Shown piece by piece: positions 18,278 through 28,037 of a stretch of 64,000 nt of DNA (the stretch's first letter is position 1; each line of letters begins with the position of its first letter). This DNA comes from a virus: positions 1 through 64,000 of IMG/VR virus record IMGVR_UViG_3300045988_128739. One strand, 5' to 3'. A program made the position numbers and the translations under genes. The notes under the pieces were generated by a model. The model was not told the origin of the DNA. It saw only the letters and a list, made by a program, of their open reading frames with translations, and did no database searches.

Positions 18278-18880
18278 ATGAGACTGACAGTAGAAGAAAA
18301 CGAATACCTGATAAGTAAGTTCCTTTTGGTTCTTACTGAGTTTGCAGGAGATGAAAGAGAGATGTTTTTAATCAACTCCATACATGATAAGGCGGTGGCG
18401 GATATGAATTATCGTCTTCCGTCTTTAATAAGCAGAGAACGTAAAAGACGAGTTATTGAGCTCCTTAAAGAAGGAACCAGAATAATCAAGGACTTTTCCG
18501 GATATGCAGGTGATATGGGTATGATTAACGAATACGATCGTTTAAAGAAAGAAATAGGTACCGTCCAAGACCAGCTTGGTGACGTAGAAGGTCAACTTCG
18601 GGCAGCAGGAGAAGTTATTAAAAAAGAACTTGATATGATTGCTGACCGAATCAAAGAAGATCTTCTTGATCGAGAACTGGCTAAAAGTAATGCCGAGGCT
18701 GAAAGAAAAGCCAAAGTAGATCCGAGATACGAAGTAGCTTTAGGTGATTACAAGGAGATGCTGGAAGTGATTTTTACAACCAGAAACAAGTATTCTACGG
18801 TAGATTCTGTACATGACGATCTTCGCCAGTCGGTATCTACCGGTAGAAATTCGATTATTAAAGAAGGGTACAACAGTTAA
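18278..18880 (+). CDS. hypothetical coiled-coil protein (about 200 aa)
   Basis: The track ORF 18125..18880 starts inside the helicase gene. I prefer the first ATG after the helicase stop (MRLTVEENEYLISKF). Confidence 0.4.
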   Translation: MRLTVEENEYLISKFLLVLTEFAGDEREMFLINSIHDKAVADMNYRLPSLISRERKRRVIELLKEGTRIIKDFSGYAGDMGMINEYDRLKKEIGTVQDQLGDVEGQLRAAGEVIKKELDMIADRIKEDLLDRELAKSNAEAERKAKVDPRYEVALGDYKEMLEVIFTTRNKYSTVDSVHDDLRQSVSTGRNSIIKEGYNS

Positions 18881-18895
18881 AAACAAGGAGGGAAT

Positions 18896-19093
18896 ATGGA
18901 AAAGAAGGAATTTAAAGTAGGAGAAGTATTTGATGCCGGACTTGTAAGATTAAAATGTGTGGAAGGTGATACATGCGATAGGTGTATATTCGAAGATTAC
19001 GATTCTTGTTCATGTACAGACATAATTATTGGTCCATGTGGACATGTTGATAGACAAGATAACAAGAATGTTATTTTTATTAAAGCTGATTAA
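18896..19093 (+). CDS. Cys-rich small protein (65 aa)
   Basis: CVEGDTCDRC...CSC...CGH. Confidence 0.35.
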   Translation: MEKKEFKVGEVFDAGLVRLKCVEGDTCDRCIFEDYDSCSCTDIIIGPCGHVDRQDNKNVIFIKAD

Positions 19094-19095
19094 GA

Positions 19096-19809
19096 ATGTA
19101 CATCAATTTCAGACAACTTGCAGCATCAGACATGACCCCTAATGATCTTGCCAATCTTCTTGCCATAAGACAGAAGGATTCGGTTATGATCGAAGCTATG
19201 CCAGAAGAAGACGCTGGTAGATATATAGAGCTTGGCCTGGTTGAGAAATTAAAATCAGGCGTGATGAGATTAACCAACAAAGGAACGTCTTTTGTAAATT
19301 ATATAGAGACACCGGAAATGACAGACGAGGTTCTGGAAACGTTGAAGATTATGATAGGAATGTACGAATCATATTCAAAAGACATAGGTGTCAGTAGAAA
19401 AGAAGCGGAATCCAGATTGTGTTGGTTTATGGGTAACACCTCATTCAAGAAAGAGGTCATACTTCATGTAACGGAATCTTATATAGCAGAGTCAGGGGAT
19501 TATACAATGAGCTTATGTAACTTCATATGGAAACCGCCTTCTCAAGCTTTTTCAGTTCATATGAACCTTAAAAATTCAAAGCTCTTTGACTTAATAGCTG
19601 AAAAATTTAAGATCGCTACCGAGCCTTATTTGGAGTCTAAGAAGAATAAGGAAATGGATTGGTTGTTTGCCGTATCTAAATTGCCTACGCCTCCGGCTAA
19701 AGGCAATCCGGATTATTTGTTTACCGGAAGTTCTGAAACAGACAAAGAGCGATTGAAAAACATAAAAACGTATTTATTTAACAAAATTAGAAAGCAATGG
19801 AAAAAGTAA
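19096..19809 (+). CDS. hypothetical protein (237 aa)
   Basis: ORF. Confidence 0.45.
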   Translation: MYINFRQLAASDMTPNDLANLLAIRQKDSVMIEAMPEEDAGRYIELGLVEKLKSGVMRLTNKGTSFVNYIETPEMTDEVLETLKIMIGMYESYSKDIGVSRKEAESRLCWFMGNTSFKKEVILHVTESYIAESGDYTMSLCNFIWKPPSQAFSVHMNLKNSKLFDLIAEKFKIATEPYLESKKNKEMDWLFAVSKLPTPPAKGNPDYLFTGSSETDKERLKNIKTYLFNKIRKQWKK

Positions 19810-20048
19810 GAATCAGAAAGATAATAGAGGATATAATTATTACTCAGTTTCTTAATTCGGAAATAGATATAATTCATGAAGAAGATGTGACGTTTAAAGA
19901 ACTTGGATTAGATTCTGTTGATCAAATTGAACTGGAAGTGATGGTGGAACAAAAATTCAATATTGTTATTATTGATTATGATATGGAGACCATCAAAGAT
20001 ATGACTGATCTTGTTTACAAAATAATAACAGAAGGGTATGGGAAGTGA
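19797..20048 (+). CDS. acyl carrier protein-like (83 aa)
   Basis: FKELGLDSVDQIELEVMVEQKF matches the ACP DSL phosphopantetheine-attachment motif (LGxDSLDxVEL) and its helix II. Confidence 0.5.
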   Translation: MEKVRIRKIIEDIIITQFLNSEIDIIHEEDVTFKELGLDSVDQIELEVMVEQKFNIVIIDYDMETIKDMTDLVYKIITEGYGK

Positions 20049-20532
20049 CATAATTTTATGCATGGCTTTAATAGCGTCATTTGCTTTTGTTATACAGTTT
20101 TTGTTGTCGATATTAGGATCTGATCTGGATACGGATATTGACATTGACAGTGCTTCTGATTTAAGCATGTCTTTGTCGGATATCATATCATTCAAGGGCA
20201 TAACACATTTTATTCTTGGATATAGCTGGACTACCTACTTTTCGGGTTCCCATTTAGTAGGGGTTGTGATAGGGTCGTTTTTCTTTATCGTTTTGTTTTA
20301 CGTATATAAGTTACTTCTTAAGTTAAAGCAAGAAATGGTGTACGAATGTCCGGAAGATTTAAATGGAAGAGAAGTGGAGATAGTGTTTAGATCAGGGAAG
20401 AATCATTATATGGTAAATATTTCAAAAAATGGAAGACAGGAGCAAATGAGAGTAAGATGCTTGTCTGGAAAAACCTACAAAAACGGTGACAAGGTGAATA
20501 TAAAATATGAAGAAGGAGAATTAAGTATCTAA
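20038..20532 (+). CDS. NfeD-like membrane protein (164 aa)
   Basis: Multiple N-terminal TM helices plus a C-terminal beta-rich OB-like segment (EVEIVFRSGKNHYMVNISKNGRQEQMRVRC). It lies immediately upstream of an SPFH gene, as in nfeD-yqiK/floA operons. Confidence 0.5.
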   Translation: MGSDIILCMALIASFAFVIQFLLSILGSDLDTDIDIDSASDLSMSLSDIISFKGITHFILGYSWTTYFSGSHLVGVVIGSFFFIVLFYVYKLLLKLKQEMVYECPEDLNGREVEIVFRSGKNHYMVNISKNGRQEQMRVRCLSGKTYKNGDKVNIKYEEGELSI

Positions 20533-20563
20533 TTTTTTTATCAACAATTAAATTTTAAAAGTT

Positions 20564-22264
20564 ATGACAACAATCATGTACGTGTCAGCTATCTTAGCTG
20601 TAGTGATTGTTTTGACAATCATCGGAGTCTTATCAAGGTATCGTAGATGTAAGCCTAATCAGGTCTTGGTCGTTTATGGTAAGACAGGTGGGGAAAAGAA
20701 ATCGGCGAAATTATATCATGGTGGAGCGGCATTTGTCTTGCCTATTATTCAAAGCTATGATGTTTTGTCAATGGAGCCTATGCAAATAGATTGCAAGCTT
20801 ACCGGTGCTTTATCATCTCAGAATATTAGAGTAGATGTACCTACGACCATTACAGTAGCTATCAGTACAAATCCCGAAATCATGCAAAATGCGGCAGAAA
20901 GACTTTTGGGGATGGATACCGAATCTACTGAAAATCTTATTACGGACATTGTTTACGGTCAGATGCGTTTGATTATTGCTGAAATGACAATCGAAAAACT
21001 TAATTCTGACAGGGATGAGTTTTTGGATAAGGCAAGAAAGAACATTGACAACGAGCTTAACAAGTTAGGTCTTTACCTCCTGAACATCAACATCAGTGAC
21101 ATCAGAGACGAAGCTGGTTATATTATGAACCTTGGTAAGGAGGCTGAAAGTAGGGCTCTGAACGAGGCACAGGCTAATATCGAAGAACAGGAGAAGCTGG
21201 GTGCTATTAAGATTGCTGTACAGCAGAAGGAGAAAGAAACGGCTGTGGCTAATACCAAAAAAGAGCAAGAGATTCAAATTGCTTGTACTGAAAAAGAAAA
21301 GGAAACGATAGTAGCTGAAACGAAGAAAGAAAAAGAAATAGCCTTGGCTTTAACCGATAAAGAAAAACAGATCGGCGTAGCTCAAGCAGATAGAGACAGG
21401 GCTGCGGTTATCGCAAAAACTTTAACCGACAAGGAATCGGCGATTGTAAGATCTAAGGCAGAACTTGAAGTAAATAAAGCCGAGGCTGAAAGGATGGAAG
21501 AAGTCGGAAAGAATAAGGCTGAAGCTGACAAGGAAGCAGCTATAGCAATACAAGACTCTGAAGCTCAGATTAAGAAGGCTGAGGCTGAGAAAAATGCGTC
21601 TATAGGATACAACAATGCCCAGAAGGAGGTTGCTGTGTCAGTATCAGAACTACAGATCATCAAAGCTCAATCAGAGAAGAAGGCCGGAGAAGAAAAAGTT
21701 AAATCGGAAGCGGCTGTAAAAACAGCAAAAGAGCTTGCCGACAAAGAAGTGGAAGAAGCTAAGGCTAAGAAAGTTCAGGCTGCGCTTAAGGCTGAAAAGA
21801 TTGTGCCGGCTGAAACCCAGAAGGAAGAGGCTATATTACAAGCTGATGCTGAGGCAGAGAAGATCAAACGCCGGGCTGAGGCTGAGGCGGCAGCACATTT
21901 GGCAAAAGCTGAGGCAGAGGCAAAGGCTATTCAGATGAAACTGGAGGCAGAAGCCGAAGGTAAGAAAAAGTCGTTAATGGCAGAAGCCGACGGATTTAAG
22001 GCTATGGTGGAAGCAGCAGAATCCAATCCTCAGATCGCCATCCAGTACAAGATGGTTAATCAGTGGAAAGAAATTGCCGGAGAACAGGTTAAGGCATTTG
22101 AGCACATTAACCTCGGAAATATCACGGTATTTGACGGCGGTCAGAACAGTACCGGTAATTTTCTTAACAATGTTGTCAAGACCGTCGCTCCGGCATTGGG
22201 AGTCATTGATCAGCTTCCGATTGCAGATACTTTAAAGAAGTTAAAGGGAGATGACAAAAAATAA
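20564..22264 (+). CDS. SPFH/band-7 flotillin-like protein (566 aa)
   Basis: N-terminal TM helix, then an SPFH region (YGKTGGEKKSAKLYHGGAAFVLPIIQSYDVLSMEPMQIDC), then a long Glu/Ala/Lys-rich repeat region (KEKETAVANTKKEQEIQIA...) typical of flotillins. Confidence 0.75.
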   Translation: MTTIMYVSAILAVVIVLTIIGVLSRYRRCKPNQVLVVYGKTGGEKKSAKLYHGGAAFVLPIIQSYDVLSMEPMQIDCKLTGALSSQNIRVDVPTTITVAISTNPEIMQNAAERLLGMDTESTENLITDIVYGQMRLIIAEMTIEKLNSDRDEFLDKARKNIDNELNKLGLYLLNINISDIRDEAGYIMNLGKEAESRALNEAQANIEEQEKLGAIKIAVQQKEKETAVANTKKEQEIQIACTEKEKETIVAETKKEKEIALALTDKEKQIGVAQADRDRAAVIAKTLTDKESAIVRSKAELEVNKAEAERMEEVGKNKAEADKEAAIAIQDSEAQIKKAEAEKNASIGYNNAQKEVAVSVSELQIIKAQSEKKAGEEKVKSEAAVKTAKELADKEVEEAKAKKVQAALKAEKIVPAETQKEEAILQADAEAEKIKRRAEAEAAAHLAKAEAEAKAIQMKLEAEAEGKKKSLMAEADGFKAMVEAAESNPQIAIQYKMVNQWKEIAGEQVKAFEHINLGNITVFDGGQNSTGNFLNNVVKTVAPALGVIDQLPIADTLKKLKGDDKK

Positions 22265-22403
22265 ATACAATGGCCCAAGGTTACACTTGGGCCTAATTGA
22301 AGAAATAAAAGCAGCATTCATAGATTTCCTGCCGGCTGGGATAGTGCTTTTAAGTGCTTTACTAATTACGATATTTTTAACATGGATTTTGGACAAGATT
22401 TAG
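22251..22403 (+). CDS. small single-TM membrane protein (50 aa), not in ORF track
   Basis: The ATG at 22251 overlaps the flotillin stop. The product is MTKNKYNGPRLHLGLIEEIKAAFIDFLPAGIVLLSALLITIFLTWILDKI. Confidence 0.35.
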   Translation: MTKNKYNGPRLHLGLIEEIKAAFIDFLPAGIVLLSALLITIFLTWILDKI

Positions 22404-22724
22404 AACCAGAAGAACTGACCAAGCATTATGATCGGTGTTATAACCCCAAATAGTATTAACCCAATATAATTCTATTATAAAAGTTTAATACATCTCTTTC
22501 AGAGATCGGGTTATTAGCCTAAGCCTTGAAACAGAGGCTACGTTATTTGAGAATAAATAGTTACCAAGGAATGTTTATCCAAGTTTCTTGCTCTAAGGAT
22601 GGTGATTAAACAGGAGTAGTGTATTTGACGAAACAGTGTTGCCATTATATAAAACCTCTTATAACATTGGCGATGGGTACTTACAGGAGAAATCCTGACT
22701 TATCCCTAACGGGATTTACATCTA

Positions 22725-22750
22725 CCTCGGAGACCGGAAGGTCTCCGAGG
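22725..22750. promoter_or_regulatory. perfect 11-bp GC-rich hairpin CCTCGGAGACC-GGAA-GGTCTCCGAGG
   Basis: Inverted repeat read directly from the sequence inside a 400-bp ORF-free region. No T-run follows it on either strand. Confidence 0.4.
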
Positions 22751-22803
22751 GGATGTATTAAAACATATGAATAGCTTTAAATATATTTAATAGAATATGA
22801 GAT

Positions 22804-23151
22804 ATGGAATTGATTTTGAAACAGAAGAAGAGGAGGATGAAGAGTATGACTGATGAGGAATTTGTATTGGATAATAAGAAAAAGGTTGTTGTAAGAAAAA
22901 GAATATCTTATTTAAACAAAGGGGATAAAGTATGGATTGTGTCTTCCGACGGGTATCTGCTACACACGGACGTAGTTAGAGCCGAACGCGGACGGTCTTA
23001 TGTGGATATAGACGGGATTCTGTATTGGAAGCGAGGATTAGATGGCAAGCATCGTAATCGTAATAACTACATGCAGTTTGCTATGACACCAGAAGACGGT
23101 AAAAAGTATGTCGTATATTACCCGGAAGGATTTAAAGACGATAGCTTATGA
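22804..23151 (+). CDS. hypothetical protein (115 aa)
   Basis: ORF. Confidence 0.4.
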   Translation: MELILKQKKRRMKSMTDEEFVLDNKKKVVVRKRISYLNKGDKVWIVSSDGYLLHTDVVRAERGRSYVDIDGILYWKRGLDGKHRNRNNYMQFAMTPEDGKKYVVYYPEGFKDDSL

Positions 23152-24167
23152 TGGTCCCAGAAACACATTTGCTATATAAGGAGTTTAATGGTGTGAAACG
23201 TCTTGCCATATCTTATTCCCAGATAGATACGTTTCTTGCCTGTCCAATGAAATGGTATAAGACTTACGTAGAGGGCAAAAGGTCTACGGAAAAACAAGAA
23301 GCTACGTCTTATGGTACGGTTATCCATAAGACACTGGAATACTTCTTTAAGAACGGAAGACAGCCTTCCGGTAAAGACCTTGGAGAAGCAATAAGTTATT
23401 ATTCCTATCAAGAAGACATACCTTGGCAATCACCGGAAAATATGATGATAGCCATGAAACAATCTGGAGAGCTTCTTGCTTGGATTGTGGATCTGTTTAA
23501 AAAAGACGGGAATAGGTTTATGATAGCTGATAGTGATCTTAATCCCTGTGAGAAACTTATCAGACACGGCGCCATAGTTGGAGTCGAAGAAGATTTCGTG
23601 CTGCCATACCGTCTTCCTAAGCCTGTTGATATAAATGGTGACGTTCATACTCATGTGTACATAGTAGGATCGGTAGACCTTCATCTGGCTATAAAGAGCA
23701 AGAACGTAGTTCACCATTATGTCATAGATTGGAAATCAGGTAATAAGGTTTTTGATTCTAAGAAGTTGGAAACGAATTTACAGCATCCTATATATTCGTT
23801 TTACATCTATAGAAAATATGGTGGAGTTCTGCCAGATATGAACATCTATTTCTTTACCAGGACCAGACAATACCAAAAGGTTAAAGTTGATGAGGAACGT
23901 AAAACAAAATCTATAGAAATGCTAAATGACACTTTATCCAAAATGTATGATTTTGAAGATAATAGTGTAAAAACATTTCAAGCGTACATCCAGGGGGCAG
24001 AAGGAGCCAGGTATAGCAAGCGGCGCGCCACCCTAAGCCAGCCTGTTCCGCAAAACAAGCTGCCCTGCCCGTCAGCACTGTGTTATTATTGTGACTTTGG
24101 ATTACATAACAAAAACGAATGCCCTTTCTCTTCGGATTGGGATCCGTCTAAAAAGATAAAACGATGA
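23148..24167 (+). CDS. Cas4/RecB-like PD-(D/E)XK exonuclease with Cys cluster (339 aa)
   Basis: Motif III YVIDWKSGN. An N-terminal Cys (LACPMKWY) plus a C-terminal CPSALCYYC...C give the Cx(n)C-x2-C arrangement of Cas4/AddB-type Fe-S nucleases. Confidence 0.6.
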   Translation: MMVPETHLLYKEFNGVKRLAISYSQIDTFLACPMKWYKTYVEGKRSTEKQEATSYGTVIHKTLEYFFKNGRQPSGKDLGEAISYYSYQEDIPWQSPENMMIAMKQSGELLAWIVDLFKKDGNRFMIADSDLNPCEKLIRHGAIVGVEEDFVLPYRLPKPVDINGDVHTHVYIVGSVDLHLAIKSKNVVHHYVIDWKSGNKVFDSKKLETNLQHPIYSFYIYRKYGGVLPDMNIYFFTRTRQYQKVKVDEERKTKSIEMLNDTLSKMYDFEDNSVKTFQAYIQGAEGARYSKRRATLSQPVPQNKLPCPSALCYYCDFGLHNKNECPFSSDWDPSKKIKR

Positions 24168-24334
24168 AATACGAGGATGTTCAAAAGTTAAGAACAAAAT
24201 ACCGGCAAGATCCGGAAGTTATAAACTTGACATACATGAGAGACGTTGCTGTACGATGCGGGAATTTCAAGAAAGCGTTTGAGATTCAGGAGAAGCTGGA
24301 GGATATATGGTTCAACTATTTAAAAGGAGTGTAA
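24164..24334 (+). CDS. small protein (56 aa), not in ORF track
   Basis: ATG overlaps the upstream stop (ATGA) and the stop overlaps the downstream ATG (TAATG). The product is MKYEDVQKLRTKYRQDPEVINLTYMRDVAVRCGNFKKAFEIQEKLEDIWFNYLKGV. Confidence 0.4.
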   Translation: MKYEDVQKLRTKYRQDPEVINLTYMRDVAVRCGNFKKAFEIQEKLEDIWFNYLKGV

Positions 24335-24657
24335 TGAAAGAAGATCTAATATGTGGAGTAGCGATCCTTTTGTATTTAGTTTTATTATACTTACTCACGA
24401 CAGCTTTCATAAAAACAGGTAGAGCAGTAGAGCGTTATAAGATGAAGAAGAAAACTGACAAAATAAAAGTCGGTCAAAGATACGAACATAAGAGATACTT
24501 TGAGGATCCATTTGAAAGAGGCAAGCATGTGATTAAGATATTAGACATAAAAGAAGGGTACGCTCTATATGAGTACGAAGAAAAACTATATATACGTTCT
24601 TCTGTGAGTCTTGAAGATATTGCTAAAATATACGTTTTAATTACTGATATAAAATAA
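24307..24657 (+). CDS. small membrane protein (116 aa; real start probably 24334)
   Basis: TM helix ICGVAILLYLVLLYLLTTAFI. ATG 24334 is translationally coupled to the preceding small ORF. Confidence 0.45.
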   Translation: MVQLFKRSVMKEDLICGVAILLYLVLLYLLTTAFIKTGRAVERYKMKKKTDKIKVGQRYEHKRYFEDPFERGKHVIKILDIKEGYALYEYEEKLYIRSSVSLEDIAKIYVLITDIK

Positions 24658-24663
24658 GGGATT

Positions 24664-25050
24664 ATGGAAAAGAAAGTCACAATCAAAGAAGGAATGGATA
24701 TTTTTTACAAAAATGCAGGGAAAGGTATATGGGTCTATATTGGACTTTTTGGAAATAAAGTACTATCCATTTTAAAAAACAAAGGTGTTATTGCATGCGA
24801 AAACGATGCTGAATATTGCGTGTTGATGGATGGAGAAGATCATTTTATAAGTATAGCAAAAGACATGAGTCACGACTATTGTTGTGAGTACGTTGTAGAA
24901 AGAGCAGAAGCCTACAGAGACTACCCCTCCAAAGGTGCTACATGCAGTGTATGCCTGTTTGAAGATAATGAGAATAAAGCAAGGGAGATGTTGAAAGAGG
25001 CGATAATAGAACTTTCAAAAAATAATATAATAGATTGCGATGGGCTTTGA
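24664..25050 (+). CDS. hypothetical protein (128 aa)
   Basis: ORF. Confidence 0.4.
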   Translation: MEKKVTIKEGMDIFYKNAGKGIWVYIGLFGNKVLSILKNKGVIACENDAEYCVLMDGEDHFISIAKDMSHDYCCEYVVERAEAYRDYPSKGATCSVCLFEDNENKAREMLKEAIIELSKNNIIDCDGL

Positions 25051-26461
25051 ACTTAGACCTTACCAAAAAGAAGCAGTAGATGCCGGGCTTAAGTTTCTTA
25101 CAGGAAGATCTAAGAAGCCTGGCATAATCGTAGCCCCATGCGGATGTGGAAAGAGCCTTCTGATATCCAAGATAGCACATGAAATAAATAGACCGACATT
25201 AGTATTACAGCCCTCAAAAGAGATTCTGGAGCAGAATTATGCAAAGGCCGTATCATTCGGTTCTAAACCTACTATATATTCTGCTTCATGTGGTATAAAG
25301 GAGCTGTCGGCTATGACTTATGCTACACTTAAAAGCATAAAGAAAGACGTAGCAAGGTTGAAAGATATAGGGATAGATACCTTATTGATAGACGAATGCC
25401 ACTCGGGGTATTCCCCGGAGGAAGGTTCTGAATTTATGGAGTTTATGAACGGGTTCCCAGAGGCGAAGGTGCTGGGCTTCACCGCCACTCCCTGCCGCCT
25501 CCGAACCTACAGTTCCATGCTGGAAGGAAACTATAGCAAGCTCAATATGCTGACGAAAGACGAACATAACTTCTTCAAGAAAATAGTTCATGTGACTCAA
25601 ATACAAGAACTAACTTCTCAAGGGTTTTGGTGTCCACTTAAGTACGAACGATGGTCGTTTGATGAATCGGCTCTGATGCTAAACAGTACCGGAGCCGAAT
25701 ACACCAACGAATCTATTAAAGAAAGTATTGTACGAAACGGCTTAAACAACTCTATCTACAAGCGCCTTCTTCAACTTATGAACGAGCGTAAAGCTATTTT
25801 GGTTTGCATGGATTCTATCGAATCATGTAATAGAATATCAGAGTTCATGAATGCCAGGATGGGAGCCATAACCGGTGTCGTAACATCGCTAACAACCAAA
25901 AAGAAAAGAGAGCAAATCATATCCGATTTCAAAGAAGGTAAGTTGAAGGTGGTTTTTAATTATTCAACGCTTGCTACCGGATTTGATTTTCCTGAACTTG
26001 ATTGTGTGATGTTCGGTAGACCAACTTTCTCATATTCAACGTATTACCAAATATTAGGCCGCGCCGTCCGCATCCATCCTGACAAGAAAGAGGCGCTGAT
26101 AGTTGATTGCTGTGACAACATGAGGCGTTTCGGTCGGATAGAAGACCTGACAATCGAACAATTCCCTTCTAAGGGCTGGTGTATGTTTGCCGGCGATCAA
26201 CTTCTGTCTAATATAAGGATGGGTGATATTATTACCAAAGACGAGATCCTTCGTCGGGCAGCCTTGCTTAAATCTGTGAATGGAGATGGTAGGAGAGAAG
26301 ACGATCTTGACAGTATAATAATGTGGTTTGGAAAATATGAAGGAATTAGATTCAAGGACATACCGGTGTCGTATTTTAGGTTCTTGGCTGAGAATATGGC
26401 AGTAAAACCAGGAGATAGAAAAGAAAAGGTTATAGAATATTATAATAGGATAAAAGCATGA
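25040..26461 (+). CDS. SF2 DExH-box helicase (ResIII/DEAD-like), 473 aa
   Basis: Motif I APCGCGKS, motif II LLIDECHSG, motif III FTATPCR, motif V TGFDFPE, and motif VI QILGRAVRIH. Confidence 0.8.
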   Translation: MGFELRPYQKEAVDAGLKFLTGRSKKPGIIVAPCGCGKSLLISKIAHEINRPTLVLQPSKEILEQNYAKAVSFGSKPTIYSASCGIKELSAMTYATLKSIKKDVARLKDIGIDTLLIDECHSGYSPEEGSEFMEFMNGFPEAKVLGFTATPCRLRTYSSMLEGNYSKLNMLTKDEHNFFKKIVHVTQIQELTSQGFWCPLKYERWSFDESALMLNSTGAEYTNESIKESIVRNGLNNSIYKRLLQLMNERKAILVCMDSIESCNRISEFMNARMGAITGVVTSLTTKKKREQIISDFKEGKLKVVFNYSTLATGFDFPELDCVMFGRPTFSYSTYYQILGRAVRIHPDKKEALIVDCCDNMRRFGRIEDLTIEQFPSKGWCMFAGDQLLSNIRMGDIITKDEILRRAALLKSVNGDGRREDDLDSIIMWFGKYEGIRFKDIPVSYFRFLAENMAVKPGDRKEKVIEYYNRIKA

Positions 26462-26814
26462 ACAACAAGAGAAGAAAAAAAATATCGGATGTTATTAACA
26501 ACGTAAATAAGTATAAAACAGATTTTGAATACATCAAATCAAAGTTGTCGGAGTTGAAGCACAACATAAATTCAGCCAAAGATGATGTTGATATGATTTT
26601 AGATGAAGAAACTGAGGCGAGAGATAATATACCAGAATCGTTACAAGACTCAGGAAGATATTGGGAATCAGATCAGGCTGTAACTGATATGGAGGAGGTG
26701 GTTGATGACATGGAAAGTATTATAAATGATTTAGATGATGTGATTTCAACCATAGATGGGAGCATTAAAACCATAAATGGTTCTATAAAAGTAAATTTGG
26801 AAGGAATAATATAA
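26458..26814 (+). CDS. hypothetical acidic protein (118 aa)
   Basis: ORF. Confidence 0.4.
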   Translation: MNNKRRKKISDVINNVNKYKTDFEYIKSKLSELKHNINSAKDDVDMILDEETEARDNIPESLQDSGRYWESDQAVTDMEEVVDDMESIINDLDDVISTIDGSIKTINGSIKVNLEGII

Positions 26815-27102
26815 ATGGAAACAAATGAATTAAGAGAGATACTTAAATTATATGGTCTTAAACATGATGTTGTTATCAACAAAAGTTCAAAAAGATATTC
26901 CATCGTATTGGATAATAACATAATAGGAACCAACCACGCCAAAGAGAGGGTGGTTGTATTCCGTCCTATACCGGAAGGGAAGAACACGTTCTGCATGGAA
27001 CGAGATAGATTCTATACGGAGTTTGAAGAAGCTTTTGATGATGATAAAGCCATAGAAGCCGTAAGACAATATTTTGAAAACAATAAAAACAGAAAGTCAT
27101 GA
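26815..27102 (+). CDS. hypothetical protein (95 aa)
   Basis: ORF. Confidence 0.4.
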   Translation: METNELREILKLYGLKHDVVINKSSKRYSIVLDNNIIGTNHAKERVVVFRPIPEGKNTFCMERDRFYTEFEEAFDDDKAIEAVRQYFENNKNRKS

Positions 27103-27452
27103 ACGAAAACGAAGTATTTAGATTAAAGGGCAGAATAGCCATATCCAACCTATCACGTGAGGACAAGGATATGATAAATAACATTCTTGATGGTATCAAT
27201 AAAAAGGATGAAGATGAAAAAGGGTATGTTTATACCGTAAGAATAAAACAAAACAACGGAAGGGTTGTGCATGCCACTTTATTTTTTAAAGACAAGAAAG
27301 GCCCTACATTTGAAGACTTAAAGAAGGAGCTTGATGACATGGGAGTTAAAAATGATAGTTATAGCAATAACGGCATAATTATCATTAACCGCATTGTTAT
27401 GAGCGGAGAAGAATTTGATCGCTTTGTAGGAGATGATGGACTATATTATTAG
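27099..27452 (+). CDS. hypothetical protein (117 aa)
   Basis: ORF. Confidence 0.4.
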   Translation: MNENEVFRLKGRIAISNLSREDKDMINNILDGINKKDEDEKGYVYTVRIKQNNGRVVHATLFFKDKKGPTFEDLKKELDDMGVKNDSYSNNGIIIINRIVMSGEEFDRFVGDDGLYY

Positions 27453-27488
27453 ACAATTAATTGAAGCAACGATAAAACAATAAAAAAG

Positions 27489-28037
27489 ATGGATGATAAT
27501 ACTAAAAATATCCTTTATCCAAAAGGATCTATTTTTCGCATATTAAAAGATGATATAATCAGTGCCGAATTTAAAATCGTCAAAGGAGCTATAGCGGAGG
27601 CAGTATCAGACATAGAAGTAAATGATAAATATGCTGAAGTTTGTTGTAATGGGGAGACGTTCGTCATAGAAACGGATATTATGGATATTATTCTTACCAA
27701 AGACCCCATAGGAAACAAATCGGTGAAAAATGACATCATTGACGACAAACTACGATGGGATTTGCTTCCAATGGAAGAGATTGAAGACATTGTGAAAGTC
27801 TATCATGCCGGAGCCAAGAAATATGGGCCTAATAATTGGCAGAATCTTGACAATGGCATTGAACGGTACCGTGCTGCGATGTTTCGACACCTAATGGAAT
27901 ACATGAAAGGGGAAAGAGTGGATTCCGATACAGGATGTTTTCATCTTGCACAATGTGCATGGAACTGTATAGCTATGCTGTGGTATGACAAGCACGGGAA
28001 AGGATTAATACCAATAAATAAGGAGGAAAAGAAATGA
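27489..28037 (+). CDS. dATP/dGTP pyrophosphohydrolase N-terminal-domain-like protein (182 aa)
   Basis: LRWDLLPMEEIEDIVKVYHAGAKKYGPNNWQN...RYRAAMFRHL resembles the conserved core of the phage dGTP/dATP diphosphohydrolase N-domain family. The assignment is from memory. Confidence 0.4.
   Translation: MDDNTKNILYPKGSIFRILKDDIISAEFKIVKGAIAEAVSDIEVNDKYAEVCCNGETFVIETDIMDIILTKDPIGNKSVKNDIIDDKLRWDLLPMEEIEDIVKVYHAGAKKYGPNNWQNLDNGIERYRAAMFRHLMEYMKGERVDSDTGCFHLAQCAWNCIAMLWYDKHGKGLIPINKEEKK

Noticed and set aside
21735-21938. Arg/Lys/Leu-rich 67-aa ORF inside the flotillin gene.
   Set aside because: It is a frame artefact of the GAA/GCT-rich EA-repeat DNA. The flotillin frame is the coherent one.
22272-22293. 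Hairpin GGCCCAAG-gttaca-CTTGGGCC right after the flotillin stop, considered as a terminator.
   Set aside because: It lies inside the plausible 50-aa TM ORF 22251..22403 and is not followed by a T-run, so I did not call it a terminator.
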